Assembly (NCBI RefSeq): GCF_963921235.1
Contig: NC_086108.1
Location: forward strand, 84,880,001-84,944,000
DNA: 64,000 nt
Direction of reading: 5' to 3'
Source: Mobula hypostoma
Lineage: Eukaryota
The translations under genes were made by a program, and so were the position numbers. Positions 22,993 to 37,797 of this stretch are shown here, in pieces. The notes under the pieces were generated by a model. That model saw only the letters and a program-made list of their open reading frames with translations, was not told the DNA's origin and did not search any database. The stretch's first letter is position 1; every line of letters begins with the position of its first letter.

Positions 22993-24799
22993 CTGGTGTG
23001 CATACTCACTTGGGATAAGAGAGGGCTTTCTGTGACACATTATTTTCAACTCATACAGGTAAGGAGCTTGCAAAGCATTACTATTCTTACTTTACAATTA
23101 TTATTATTATTATCCAATCTTTCAACTTGTAATTTATTTAAAAGGCTTTAAGGATATACACAAGATCTTATGACAATTTATTTATGATCTGGTTCTCAAC
23201 TCCAAGACAGATAAAACATTTTGCTATCAAGTAATTTCAAACAATGCATCTGACCAATCTGAAGAGAATTTTGATTATTTTCTGCCCTTAACATTTTAAA
23301 ACAAATTGTTAGCAATTATCAATAATAATTGATGGCTGGTTTAGCACACAGATATGACATTGCTCTATTGATTAATTGAAAATTACAACAAAGCCTTTAA
23401 GACTTCGGATTAGTGCCCAACGTTATAACTGCAGTTAACTTGAATAAGTTAAATACTATTCTTCAACGGTAAATACTGGTGAAAATTCTTCCTCTGACCT
23501 CTGGAAACTGAAATCAATACATCACATGTATGAAAGCACAATATGAAGGTGCAGGAAACTGGTGCTGAACTTTAACAGTCAGATGAATCTGTCCATTTCA
23601 TTTTTGGAGTTTATAACTGACCGTGATTGCTCAAGTTTCTCCTGGTAGTCCAAAGGTACTAACTATTCAAACACAGGACAGAGTGCGTTCTCTAGTTTCT
23701 ACGCTACCAGACACTCAGATTGAGTAGTTAATTTACTGTACAGTTTTCAAAAATATTAAATATATCTAAATATTACAACTTACTCCCAAACAAGCCAAGA
23801 GTGATATAATGTAGTAATATAACAGATATTTTAAAATTAAGGAACTATTACCATCAATCCCACTACTTACTTTGGTTCCAATCTTTGGCAGTAACAAGGA
23901 TGCTCAAAGCCAGTTAATGCATCTGAACTGGGTAAGATTTTCTTCCTCTCAAGAAAGCAGCTGTAACTAATCTTAAAGCACATAAACTTTCAAATTATCA
24001 CCGCTTCCAAGAACTTCCTTTGTAGAAAATTGTTTCTGTTTTTCAGCAACTGATCTGTTTAGCTTCACCAAATAATCTCCCCTTTATCAGCAACTCAGGA
24101 ACTATTGAGCTACTCTTCACACTTTTATACTTCAAGTTCACAATTATGCATTATCAATATTATGAACTTCTATTAACTTCCAATGCCAGCAAAACTCAAA
24201 AATCACAGGTTGAAATATTAAAATATTAAATATCTGGTGGTTGTCACATTGTCCCATTTGATAGGATAATCATATGCAAATTTTAAAATGCAATCCATGC
24301 TATTTTAAATGTTCAGAATCAGAATTGTTATCACCGGCATGTGTCGTGAAATTCTTCTGCAATAAGTGTTTTTTGTTACTCATAGTGCATATAATTGTAT
24401 GAAAAGTACACTACCTAAATGTGTTATTTAATCAAACCAGTTCCTACTGATTGGATTGAGGAATAGTATTAGTCTCAGCTACCGTTATTCCTATTTCCTT
24501 TGAATGGATATTAACAGAATTTCTTCAACAGCAGCAGAGTGGGAAACTTCTAGGGCTGGAGGTTGCTTTACAGACTGTATATCCCATTGACTTCCATCGT
24601 ACGTATAAGAAGGTTTTTCTAACTCAGGGGTCTAAGTTTCATTAATATTGTCAATTTGTACCTTGCATTCACTGGAAACATTTTGTTTTAATCTACTCCA
24701 CCCAACGTTGATAATTTTAAAAGTTTGTTATTGAATTCCCATTTAATCACCTATTTTGCAAATGAAAAGCACCATTTTTTTGGTCTTCAAATTGATACT

Positions 24800-25430
24800 T
24801 GTTCATATCAGGCAATTTTTTGTTGCTTTGGCAGAGGGAAAACATTCTCAGGGAATAGGCAATGAATGTCAAGGTAGAGGAACAAAGACATCTTGAGTTA
24901 GAAATGGGTGTCTACAGATCCTTGAAGGTAACAGAAGGTGATCAAGAAGGCATAAGGTATGCTTGCTATTCTTAGTTTGGCCAAGAATCTGGAAATTATA
25001 CTACAGTTATATAAAAAAGTTAGACACAGAGAGAAAATATGCACATAGTATCATTCAATATAACATAGGAATGAAGGAACAACATTTCAGAGGTTGCTCA
25101 GATCTATGAACATGTGAGTGAAGAACTGTAGTGAGCAAGAGGGACTATGCTGGATTGTTTTTACTGCAACAAAGGAGACTAAGGAGAGATTAACTAAAAT
25201 ATACAGAATAATGAGAGACCTAGACAAGGCGAAGGAGAAGATTTTATTTCCCTTGATGTGGTGGTCAATAATTAGAAAGCACTTCAATGCAATTAAAAGG
25301 GGTGGTCAGGTGTTGAACTGATTGCTTTAGGAAAATAGAGGATAAAACTCTAACCACATTTATATGATACCTGGATAATCTCTTCAATAGCTGTAATCTT
25401 TACATTAGGAAGTGGGAGTAATACAAATCA
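24800..25430 (+). mobile_element. Degenerate CR1 fragment
   Basis: Decayed RT C-terminus (ORF 25118..25321: L.KIYRIMRDLDK...LFPL). Confidence 0.6.
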
Positions 25431-26149
25431 TTCTTCAAATATCTGAATACACTAGCATTTGCGATCAGAATTATGTACATGTCCAGTGCACAGATGGAGG
25501 CCAAGAGCAGTATGCTAATAAAGTTTTCAGTTTCTAAGCAATCAGCCAAACTATCCTCAATGTCATTTTACAACATCCTCTTTCCAAAATGTTAATTCAA
25601 TTTTCACCTTTGTTCTAATTTTCTAAATGTTATTTTTCTACAATAAAACTTCTCTGTAACCTATTAAAGCCTCTATTAACATCATATGCATTGTTTTACT
25701 CGTATCTGTCATATCTATTTCTTCCACAGAGCATTTTATTAGATTTGTCAAGCACAATTTCCTATTCTGAAAGTGGAAGTGACCATTTCTAATTTCTCTA
25801 TTAGAAATCCCCACTTCCTTTCTATTACTTTCACCAAAACTTAAAGATGCTACCACTTTGTCTCTATTCTTGAAATTAGATAATACAGTGGCTGCTATCA
25901 GTCTTCTGGGGCCTTATTACAGGGAGAGGTTGGCCAGGCTAGGACCTTATTCTTTGGAACATGGGAGATTGAGGGATGAACTTGTAGAGTCTAAATACAA
26001 AAGAACCATAACATTTCTTTCCTATGATATCACCCCCATATTTAGAACTCTATTTATAGAGTTGCAAGATGTTTTCCTGTTACTATTTAAAGTTTCTGAG
26101 TCTGCCTCATTATCTCTTTTTGGTATCCTTCTTTAATGTCTCCTAAAGT

Positions 26150-26640
26150 CAGGGAGTAATACAGCATGGAAATAGGCCCTTCCACGCAACTTCATCCATG
26201 CCAACCATGGTGCCAATCTAAGTTAGTCAAATCCCCCTCTCTCTCCCTCTCTAAACCTCTTCTATCCAAATTAAAAGATATTCTTATCCAAATATCTTTC
26301 AAATGCTATTATTGTACCTGCCTCAATCACATCTCCAGCAGCTCATTCCAAATACATACCATCCTCTGTGTGAAGAAGTTGCCCTCAGGTCACTGTTAAT
26401 CTTTTATTTCTCACCTTAAATTCCCAAGGAAAAAGACTATGTGCATTCACCCAATCTCTATCCTCGTGATTTTATACACCTCTATAAAGTCACCCCTCAA
26501 TTTCCCCACATTCCAAGAAATAAATTCTTAACCTGGTCAAACTCTCCCTGTAACTCGTATGATAAAGTGCTGGGAGCTTATATTCTCTTTGCAATCTTTC
26601 CAGTTTAATTATAACTTTCCTACAACAGGATGACCAGAAT
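26150..26640 (-). mobile_element. CR1 LINE 3' fragment
   Basis: Reverse complement of the CR1 RT tail and 3' UTR (atacagcatggaaataggccc; ctctgtgtgaagaagttgccc). Confidence 0.8.
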
Positions 26641-26859
26641 TATCTGTAGATTTTTAGTATTAACTTACTCCATTTCCCTTGAAATTTTATTTTTATTTCT
26701 AAACAATTTATAGATCTTCATAACTTTTTTAAAACTGCATTCATGCATATGTTCTGAAAACTTTGGATATAGAACTGAACAGCAGAAATTGGGTAAAACT
26801 TCTATGAAACCAAGAAAAATATAATGCATATTTCTAGCCTGTATTAATGGAAAGGATAC

Positions 26860-27320
26860 AGCAGCATTGGAGAAGGTGCAAAAAAGATTCACAAGGATGA
26901 TACTGGAACTGAGTGGATATAGCAGGAAAGGCTGAAGCTCTTTTCTCTGGAAAAGAGAAGGTTGAGGGGTTTATGTAATTGAGGTCTATCAAATGATGTC
27001 AGATTGTGATAGGGTTGTTGTAAAGGAATTGAAAGTAGAGGTCATAAACAAGATGGATTCTGACAATTCCAGTACAGGAACTCGAGAGATACTTCTTCAC
27101 CTGAGCCAATAATGTGAATTGCTCAACCACAAGAAGTAACCAAGGCAAACAGCACAACAGCATTTAAGGGAAAGCTAGTTAACATGAGAGAGGAAAGAAC
27201 AGAAGGATATGCTGATAAAACTAAAAGTAGTATGACCAAAGGAAAATAGTGTGGATTAAAAATACTGGCTAAGGCTAACTGGCCAGAATGGTCAGTTTCA
27301 GTTATGAGTGTTTTTTCTAC
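26860..27320 (+). mobile_element. Degenerate CR1 3' fragment
   Basis: gcattggagaaggtgcaaaaaagattcacaaggatgatac (ALEKVQKRFTRMI). Confidence 0.75.
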
Positions 27321-28427
27321 AGTTCCCTCTTCCAATGTGAACTCAGCCTACTCTTAGGTCTTTTCAAATCCTGCAGTATTCCATTTGGTTGGGCCTGTGG
27401 TATTCAAGCAGCCTCCAATTTACAGAGTTCACTGGGATTCCTAATCCCGAGTGGGTAATGAGGCCTGATTGTAAAATATGATTCTGAAAGGATATGCCTA
27501 GCAGTTAAGATTTGGAAGCAAGTCAGTTCTCTGTATTATTACTATTATCAGCACTGTGAATAATTGCTGATGATTGCCTTGCTGTACTGGCTTGCTAAGG
27601 GGATCCTTTACTGATTTTGTCAAACAGGTCTCCAAATAATTCTAAACTCAAAATTCCAAAAGAGGAAGAATGTGCTATTTACTATAGCTGATGGTAAACT
27701 GCAGCTTTTACAGATTAAAATTAAATACTATCCTCATGCACACTCAGTTATGTGGGATTGTAGTATCAGAAAGTCATATCAACCTACACACAAACATTCC
27801 CCATTTGGGACATTTCTTTATTCCACTGGGTGAAGTGAGCAAGCAGAATACAGGAATATTCCAACAAGGTGACAGCACGCACATTTACACTGGGCCACAG
27901 ATTTCTTAACATCTTGTATATTTATTCAAACATGGTGATAAGACTTCCCATTGATTTCCAAAATTGAATAGAATATGACTTATTCATCCGTTATCTACCA
28001 CTTCCTGTTTATACAATAAAGGTTTTTATATGCAAAGTGCAATGTAATTACCAACTGATAAAACAAACTTAATTCCTGATATCCAGACTTAATTAAATCA
28101 GTACTGCTTACTACCATTTATCAGCTGGACCAGAGATAAATAAAGCTCAGACATACTTTACTCTTGTTTGGACATTTTTTACAGCTCACTTTCACTGCAC
28201 ACAAAATCAAATGACAGCAACACTGTATAGACCCAAATAGACTGTCTAGTAAACCAATCTAGTTCATGAGCTGTAACAATAGATGTGTTTTTTAAAATCA
28301 AAAAATACCAGGAAACTGGATATTAAATACAATTACAAAAATAATATACCAATTCAGATGTTGATAAAGCATGAACCTCCAAATTACTGTGTTGCCTAAA
28401 GTAAAGCTGATATTAAAAGCATCCTAC

Positions 28428-28616
28428 CTGATCTGAGCTGTTTAATTCGCCCATTGCTGTTACTTGTGTCCACTGGTAGGAAGTCCTTGAACCATGTTAT
28501 TTCTGGATCTGGGTTCCCACTGGCAGCACAGAGCATTGTAGCTGTGCGGGTCCGTTCCACTACTTTCAGCTGAGGGCCCATGTCAATAGTGGGGAAACCA
28601 TGAGGCAGCTGATCCT
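28428..28616 (-). CDS. PTPRF: LAR-RPTP constitutive exon, Ig2 N-terminal part ([63 protein letters not shown])
   Basis: 189 nt, phase 1-1. Acceptor ttttgtatttttacag|AG, donor CAG|gtagga. The peptide is near-identical to Ig2 of PTPRF/PTPRD/PTPRS and overlaps ORF 28396..28581. Confidence 0.97.
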
Positions 28617-31329
28617 CTGTAAAAATACAAAAGATATTCTCTATTAATCAGAACAAATGGTAGGCAATTTTTTCAACATTAACCCCTTTTCCATTTCTGT
28701 AAGTTGGAAAATGCATAAAAGCCCCTCAATGTGATGACTGTACCATCATATATTGTAATGAATGACATCAAATACGCATAAAATTGGTAAGAAATAATGA
28801 TTACTAAAAGTGGAGGAAGAGGAATGAACTTTAATGCATAGGCAGACTTTTCAATTTAATTGCAATATGGGATCTCGTTCTTATACAGGGCATTAAGTCC
28901 ATAAATCAGGAATTCTTAACCCAGGGACCGCCAGTATTCTTTGGTGTCGTCATAGAGCTTGTACAGCATGGAAGGCAGCCTTCCAGCCGCCAAATCTATA
29001 CTCACCATCATGCCCATGTATAACCGATCCCAACTGCTTCCATGAATTCAATTAGTCTCCATGCCTTGCTCATTCAAAAACATGTCCAGGTGCCCCTTAA
29101 GTATTACTGTTCCTGCCTCCATCACCTCCTGTACGTATTATTCTGCTCAAGCTTTTTTCCTCTCTTTCTCTTCCCTTTTATCTGGCCCCTCTATGCTTTC
29201 TCCTCCCCATTCATCAAATCAAACTCTATTGCCATCCTTGTACTTCAAGATTGAAGTCTTTGAAATAACCCATAGCTTTCCCCCACACTTTTCTAGGTGC
29301 TCTCCAAAATGTTACCTCACATCCTAAGTATCAATTCAAATAATCTTTCCTCTTATTACCCCCATGGATTTGGTCAAGTAAACTCATTTTCCAATTCTAT
29401 CTACAATTCATTTGCAAACAAGAGTTTTACCTCCAGGAAATCCTTTCTGCATTACCTCTTAATGGTCTTGCTTTGAATGAAATCTGGTAAATGGATGACA
29501 GCATTCGACCCTTTACTGAAATACTTACATACCTGGCTTGATAATAAATGTACCTTAAGCTACCAGCTCTTCGGCTGTTTCAGAATTTTTACTTAATTGT
29601 CAAAATGCTCAACTATCCCGTTTTCTTGAGGATTTGTACACACACACAAAAAAACAACTTCCAATCATCTTTGGTCCTTCAAGCTATAGAGTGCACACAT
29701 TAATACATTCATAATACAGCGTTTAATTACTTGCAAAGCCAAAAACCTAGAACACATATTCTAACAGCATGTATACAACAGACTATTTGAAATACAGGAG
29801 ACTAAGAATCAAGGTTGAAAAAGTGATTGCATCTTGAAATATCCAAATATTCAAAACATAATTAAATGCTGTTAATATCTTTAAGCCTGCATAAATAAGA
29901 GATTAGTATTGACTTGGGATTCTTATTGAGAAATAATTTCTTTTCATGTATGATTCTTGTAGATGCAGAGCAGCAACTTCTCATTTATTTCTTTCTGTAC
30001 GAGTGAAAATGCACTGGGACTGCCTTCTTGAAAAGCTGCAATCTCCCTGCTGATAATATTCTTACATTGCTGTTGCATAGGGAGGTTCATAACGCGTACC
30101 ATCAATGATGGAGGAACAATGAATGATATATTCCAGGTGGTTGTTTTCCTATGCCCTTTTGTATTTTTAGTGAATTGTCTTGCGGATTCGGAATTTACCT
30201 TTGTTGTTCTGTTGTGATGCTGTGATAGCCCAATCAAAAAACGTGTGCAGCACAATCTGTTCCAAATGATGGAGAAATTTCTTTTTCATTTTCCTTCTGC
30301 ATTTTGTGTTGCTCTGCGTTTCCTGCATCTGCAGAATCTCTTCCGGTTTTTCATTTTCCACCTGTCTTTCATGTATCCACCATGGTCTATCTGGATGCAG
30401 TTTACTTTTCCTTAACTTATGTGGAAGAATGCCAGGATCCTTCTATATCAGACTTTTGTCTGAGTATCTCTTGGGGGCTTCTAGGAAGCTTTGTTTTCCA
30501 AAATTTCACAGAGGTATATTTGGATCTGGAGGAGCTTGCATAACTTTGGCAAAGCCCTCAATTCACAGTTTGATAAGGTAGTAATATTGCCAACAGGGGC
30601 TGCCAATGCACTGAAGGAAATTTGATGCACAACACTGTGATGTTCAGCAAAAAGTTTGCTGACCTGAAAGTTAACTCCATGAATTCAGTCTATCCTGCTG
30701 AATACTATCAGAATTTAGATTTATTTTGGATTTCCAGATTTTCATGCTCTTCTCCCCCCACCCCCCGCCCCAAACATTTTCAGTAATTGCAGAATTTTGT
30801 TTCTAGAGCAATGTGGATATTGAGTTTGTGTATAAACAAGTCAGCTACCACTGGAGCTGGTCCATATCAGCATACATACAGGTTACTGCACATTCAAGGA
30901 CTCTCAGTGATATATGTATTGCTGGCCCTCAGCTTGTGTTTACAAACTCTGCATCATGTTGACCCCCTTATTTCAAGAACTTTGAATACTAATCCGCAGT
31001 CCAGAATCATTCTGAGATAGAACGGACATAGGTGATTTCTCACATTGCTGCTGCATAAGGTTGCTTTCAGAGTATTTCTGGCATCCTCATCATCAAGATG
31101 GAAAACAGTGACTAGTGTTTTCTAAGGGGGTTTGATCAGTTTCCAGAAACATTCCATCATTGTGTTTAGACCCTTCTGTAGTATGGTCTTGATATTATTA
31201 AGGTTGCCTGCTTCCACGACCAACAGTAGATCATTCTGTATGCAAATCTGTGCTACCATTGAGAGCCTTGTCTTTATGTAGACATTACAGAGCATTGGGG
31301 AGTCCTAGGCTGGACATCCTGCTCACTTA

Positions 31330-34234
31330 AGGAAGGTGAAGGCTCATAGCAAATCCTTGACGTGGCATTCCTGTTCTTAATGGGTTTGCTACGTCATGGC
31401 GCAACCAAGTGTCCCAGCAGTATAACTGAACAGGCAGCCTTGGCTGGTAGTCAGCCGAGGAGAAAGACAACTCTGATTCCAAACCCAGGTAGATGGGACT
31501 CGTTGGCTTTGCCAGGCAGTCTGTCTAAAAGGAAAACTCTGATACTTAACCTACAGCTTTACCGCCGCCGCAAACATCATAGCTCACGGTGCCATTGTGG
31601 AACATCCCCTGGCCTAAGAGTGGAATCGGTCCATGCGCACTGATCCTCACTATAAACCTACGCAGCACAGGCAGGACAAAGTCTTACATCAATGGAGAAG
31701 GGATGAAATGACAGGTGTTAGATGACACTGGAAGGCATAGTCTTAACTCTGCATGTTGGCGGCTCAGACCCATGAGTTATCCATCTGTTGACCTGAGGCA
31801 ACAATAGCATTCATCAGTCCTCTGGGTGACCAAGCAACCCTCTTCAGGGATAGCTTTGCTTGCTCCAGATGGAGACTGATGTAGGTCCAAAAAAAAACAA
31901 CAACAACAAACGGTTGTTCACCGTGGCCAATGGGCATCTCACTCAAGCAGTAAGATAAAGGAGATAAATCAAATAAGGCAACTTATCTCAAAATCGCGTG
32001 CTGGAATATACGCATATTGCGTATATCTACAGAAGGTGACCGACCCCAAAAGACGCTCTGCACTTGTGGCACAAGAAATAGCTGGGCTGAACATTGACAT
32101 GGCTGCTATAAGCCAAGAAGATTTTGCAGATCAAGGACCTTTGATATAGCATGGTGCAGGCTACACTCTCTTCTGGTCAGGCATTAGCAGCAATGAAAAC
32201 AGACTCTCAGGGGTGGGCTTCATGATCAAAAACACCACAGTCAATAAGCTTCAAAGCCTAACGGTCAGACACTCAGATCGACTTATGTCCCTGTGACTCC
32301 CACTGCAAGACAACCAATCTGTCACCCTTGTCTACGCCTCCACACTGCATACAGACCCTGCTGTCAGAGGCATTCTATGGGGAGCTGAAGTCCCGCCTAT
32401 TGGAAACAACAAGGCATACAAGAGCATTGTCCTGGGCAATTTCAAAGCCAGGTCAGGTAGGAATCTCAAGGTATGGCCAGGAGTCTTAGTTCATCATGGT
32501 GTCAGAAACTGCAACAACAATGGGAAAATGCTCCTGGAGCTCTATATGGAATTAGGCCTGGTTATAACAAACACGCTGTGTCAACAGAAAGCTAGGTTTA
32601 AGACAACCTGGAGACACCTCCAATCCAAACACTAGCATCTCCTGGACTACTGCATCCTGGTGCACCACAAGGGTGCGTTGGATGTTCTACAAACCAGGGT
32701 CATGCCAAGCACAGACTGTTATATGGATCACAGATTGGTCAGGGCGACATCAGTCTGGCTATCAAGCCAGCAATAAGGAAAAGGGGACCAGGGTCGAAGA
32801 AACTCCAGGTGGATAAGCTCTTTGGCTGCCAAGATGAAAACCAGATCAAGCTGAGGGAGAAACTGGACAGCAAAGGCACCCCAAGTGCAGACCCTAAAAC
32901 AGGAAAGAAATGTGAGTACCCGAAGACTGCCATCTAAGATTCAGCTGTCAAGGTAGTTGGGTATTCCTCAAGTAGTTACAAGGACGGGTTGATGAAAACG
33001 ATGTTGAAATCTGGAACCTGCTCCAGAAGAAACGCTCCTCCCATCAAGTGTTGCCGTCTAGACCGACAACCAAGCAGCCTAGGCAGAATACAGAGCTGCA
33101 TGCAGTACCATCCAAGCCAAACTGAGAAAGATGTAAAATGATTGGTGGACTGCCCTAGCAGAACGGACACAGTGCTATGCAGACACCAGCAATACTCAAG
33201 CCTTCTACGAATCACTGCACATATTGTATGGTCTAACTTGATAGACTCAAGCCCTTGTACGCTCATCTGACAGCTCCAGCCTGCTGACAGACAAGGAAGT
33301 CATCATGATACGATGGGCAGAGTACGACGAGAGCCTTTTCAGGGATAATCAAGTACAAGAAGCATCTATAGAAATGATCTCCAAGCATGATGTCAAGCTT
33401 AAGCTTGATGGCCCACCAATTCTGGATGAGGTCAAAGCCACTTCTCCAAGCTGAAATGCCATAAAGCTCAGTTATTGATGGGATCCCAGAGGAAGCATAC
33501 AAAATGAGCAGAGACATTCTCCTGAGCGAACTCACAAACCTGTTCACACTCTGTTGGGAGAAAGGCTCACTCCCAAATTACCTGTGTGACACTGTAATTG
33601 TCTTCCTGTACAAGAACAAAGGGGAGAAATCGGATTGCTCAAACTACGGAGGCTTTACCCTGCTTTCCACCACTGGGAAGAACCTTGCCAGAATTCTCTT
33701 GGGCAGAATCATCCCTCCCATTGCTGAAAGCAACCTCACAGAGAGGCAACACGGATTCAGCGTGAACAGAGGCACATCTGACATGATCTTCATCCTGCAC
33801 CGGATACAGAAGAAGTGACATGAACAGAACATGGGGCTGTATGGGGCATTCATTGACCTGATCAAGGCATTTGATACAGTCAGCCACGATGGTCTGTGGA
33901 AGACTGTCCCGAAGCTCGACTGTCCCCGAAAATTCCTCACCATCCCACAGCAGCTCCACAAAGGTCAAAGCAGTCAGGTTAAACACGACGACAACCTGTC
34001 GAACCCATTCCCCATCAGCACCGGCATGGAAAAAAAGGCTGTGTTTTGGCACCAACACTCTTTGCCCTCTTTTTCAGCATGATGCTATGGGAAGCAAGAG
34101 ACATCACCTCGGAGAGCATCTACATTTGTCTTCGCATCTAAAGAAATATCTTCAACCTCTGCTGCCTTCTCATTTGAACAAAAACCATGCAAAAGCCCCA
34201 TTGCCGAACTACTACATGCAGACTTTGGTGCTCT

Positions 34235-34277
<43 letters not shown>

Positions 34278-35205
34278 ACACACTACAGGCTGCAGTCACT
34301 CAGTTCACCAAGGCTGCAAGGGCTTTCAGGTTAACAGTTATTCTGAAGAAAACAACAATCCTTCATCAGAAGCCTCTTTGTGGCGTTTACAACCCATCTT
34401 GGATCACCACTGACGACCACCCTTTCACCGCGCTTGAGCAGTTCATCTACTTGGGCAGCGTCATCTCCAAGGATGTTATGGTAGTAAGGAACTTTGACAA
34501 TCGAATCACCTGAGCCAGCAGTGCCTCCAGAAACATGTGCGAAAGAGCCACCAGCTGTGTCTGTCCACAAAAATCCAGGTGTACAGGGCTGCTGTGGTCA
34601 CAACACTGCTGTACGGCTCCAAAGCTTGGGTCTTGTACCACAAGTAAATCCAGTTGCTTGAACGCTTCTATCAACACAACCTCAACTCGATTATGGGTAT
34701 CAGCTGGCAGGATTGTGTTTCCGACAATGAGGTCCTGGAGAAGGCTCAACTTCCAAGCAATAAAACCACTTTGCCGCTCAAGCAGCTCCACTGGTCAGGC
34801 CATATGCCTTGCATGAAAAACTCTGGGCTAGTGTGGCAGTACTCTACAGAGAACTCTCTCAGGACAAAAGAGATAGTAGTGACCCATGCAAGAGGTACAA
34901 AGACCAACTTAAGCAGCAGCTCTCTCAAGCAAATAGAGGTCGAGTGGCAGCAGTTGGCTTGTGACAAAGACCGCTGATCCACGGAGCAGCCAAGAATTTT
35001 GCGGAATCCAGAAGAGCCAATGGTGAAGAAAAAAGAAGATGCAGGAAGGTTCCTACTACCCAAGCGCCCACATCCCAAGAGTCCCCATGAAGCTACTGCT
35101 CCAGAGTCTGCAGATCCAGAATTGGCCTTGACAGTCACCAATGATCATGCCTTCACTCCTGAGGACTCTTCTCTCCTCCTGATCTTCACAAGCAAAGAAC
35201 CAGCC
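31330..35205 (+). mobile_element. Near full-length, disrupted RTE-clade (BovB/Expander-like) LINE
   Basis: AP endonuclease start KIACWNIR at about 31990. RT motifs YKNKGEKSDCSNY, QHGF..NRGTSDMIF and FIDLIKAFDTV (ORFs 33504..33818, 33831..34082), and FIYLGS. Many stops and frameshifts. Confidence 0.92.
34235..34275. repeat. (CT)n(CA)n microsatellite inside the RTE RT domain
   Basis: Read directly from the sequence. Confidence 0.95.
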
Positions 35206-35640
35206 ACCTCATTCTCAAAGAGTTTTGGCGTCAATATTGAACCTACAATTGTCCATTATTAAGAAGCTTGGGGAACTTGCTCAGCCAGACATGGAAGTTA
35301 CTGGTTACACATTATCTTCCACATTAGGCTTATAATTGCACAAATCACGTACGACTGTTGGGACAGATATTGATGTATATGTGAGTACCAAAACTTGATA
35401 ACATCAGCCGTGCTTAAGCCAGAATCCTACTTGATCTTAGGCAGTTTCTGGCTTTAAAAAAGACCTAATTTTCTGGAATGATGCACTCCAGCAGTTTGTA
35501 GGTTGTGCACAGCCATGAAATTGGTCTACAGTATTCTGGTTTTTTGGTTTGTTCTGTTGAACAGATTTATGATTTTTAGCCATTATGGATGTTGTGACAG
35601 AATATGGTTCAAGGAACAAAAAAAGGTATGTATCTCTGAT

Positions 35641-37395
35641 AAGCAACACACATAAAAGTTGCTGGTGAACGCAGCAGGCCAGGCAGCATCTATAGGAAGA
35701 GGTACAGTCGATGTTTTGGGCCGAGACCTTTCGTCAGGACTAACTGAAAGAAGAGATAGTAAGAGATTTGAAAGTGGGAGGGGGTGTGGGAGATCCAAAA
35801 TGATAGGAGAAGACAGGAGGGGGAGGGATAGAGCCAAGAGCTGGACAGTTCATTGGCAAAAGGGATATGAGAGGATCATGGGACGGGAGGCCACGGGAGA
35901 AAGAGAGGAGGAGGGGGGGAGCCCAGAGGATAGGCAAGGAGTATAGTGAGAGGAACAGTGGGAGAAAAAGGAGAGAGAGGAAAAAGAATAAGGTCTCCCA
36001 GTCTGCGTCGGGTCTCACCAATGTACAGAAGGCCGCATCGGGAGCACCGGACGCAGTATATCACCCCAGCCGACTCACAGGTGAAGTGTCACCTCACCTG
36101 GAAGGACTGTCTGGGGCCCTGAATGGTGGTGAGGGAGGAAGTGTAAGGGCATGTGTAGCACTTGTTCCATTACAAGGATAAGTGCCGGGAGGGAGATGGG
36201 TGGGGAGGGGCAAATGGACAAGGGAGTCGCGTAGTGAGTGATCCCTGCTGAAAGCGGGGGGGGGGGGGTGGAGGGAAAGATGTGCTTAGTGGTGGGAGCC
36301 TGTTGGAGGTGGCAGAAGTTATGGAGAATAATATGTTGGACCCGGAGGCTGGTGGGGTGGTAGGTGAGGACAAGGGGAACCCTATTCCTAGTGGGGTGGC
36401 AGGAGGATAGGGTGAGAGCAGACGTGCATGAAATGGGAGGGATGCGTTTGAGAGCAGAGTTGATGGTGCAGGAAGGGAAGCCCCTTTCTTTAAAAAAAGG
36501 AGGACATCTCCCTCGTCCTGGAATGAAAAGCCTCATCCTGACAGCAGATGCGGCAGAGACGGAGGAATTGCGAGAAGGGGATGGCATTTTTGCAAGAGAC
36601 AGGGTGAGAAAAGGAATAGTCCAAATAGCTGTGAGAGTCCGTGGGCTTATAGTAGACATCAGTAGATAAGCTGTCTCCAGAGATAGAGACAGAAAGATCT
36701 AGAAAGGGGAGGGAGGTGTTGGAAATGGACCAGGTAAACTTGAGGGCAGGGTGAAAGTTGGAGGCAAAGTTAATACAGTCAATGAGCTCAGCATGCATGC
36801 AGGAAGCAGCGCCAATGCAGTCATCGATGTAGCGAAGGAAAAGTGGGGGACAGATACCAGTGTAGGTTTGGAACATGGATTGTTCCACAAAGCCAACAAA
36901 AAGGCAGGCATAGCTGGGATCCATACAGGTGCCCACGGCTACACCTTTAGTTTGGAGGAAGTGGGAGGAGCGAAAGGAGAAATTATTAAGAGTAAGGAAT
37001 TTACTACCATTCAGGGCCCCAGACAGTCCTTCCAGGTGAGGCGACACTTCACCTGTGAGTCGGCTGGGGTGATATACTGCATCCAGTGCTCCCGATGCGG
37101 CCTTCTATATATTGGCGAGACCTGACGCAGACTGGGAGACCGTTTCGCTGAACACCTACGCTCTGTCCACCAGAGAAAGCAGGATCTCCCAGTGGCCACA
37201 CATTTTAATTCCACCACCCATTCCCATTCTGATATGTCTATCCACAGCCTCCTCTACTGTAAACATGAAGCCACACTCAGGTTGGAGGAACAACACCTTA
37301 TATCCCATCTGGGTAGCCTCCAACCTGATGGCATGAACATTGACCTCAAACTTCCGTTAATGCCCCACCTCCCCCTCATACCCCATCAGTTATTT

Positions 37396-37426
<31 letters not shown>

Positions 37427-37797
37427 TTATTCTTTTTCTCTCTCTCCTTTTTCTCCCTTTGTCCCTCTCACTATACTCTTTGCCCATCCTCTGGGCTCCC
37501 CCCCCCCCTTTCTCCTTAGGCCTCCCGTCCCATGATCCTCTCATATCCCTTTTGTCAATGAACTGTCCAGCTCTTGGCTCCATCCCTCCCCCTCCTGTCT
37601 TCTCCTATCATTTCGGATCTCCCCCTCCCCCTTTCAAATCTCTTGCTAGCTCTTCTTTCAGTTAGTCCTGTCAAATGGTCTCAGCCCGAAACATCGACTG
37701 TACCTCTTCCTATAGATGCTGCCTGGCCTGCTGTGTTCACCAGCAACTTTTAACGTGTGTTGCTTGAAATTCCAGCATCTCTGGATTTCCTTGTGTT
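35641..37797. mobile_element. Penelope-like element (RT + GIY-YIG endonuclease) with inverted duplication
   Basis: Minus-strand RT with YIDD (ORF 36490..37047). GIY-YIG VIYCIQCSRCGLLYIGET present on both strands. Inversion junction at about 37000. 14-bp TSD tatgtatctctgat (35627-35640, 37798-37811). Degenerate hammerheads in both termini. Confidence 0.95.

Noticed and set aside
28396..28427. ORF tail [10 protein letters not shown] after QLRS
   Set aside because: Read-through past the splice donor at 28427 into the intron.
30300..31300. Possible very old minus-strand LINE interrupted by the RTE element
   Set aside because: Too decayed to assign motifs or boundaries reliably.
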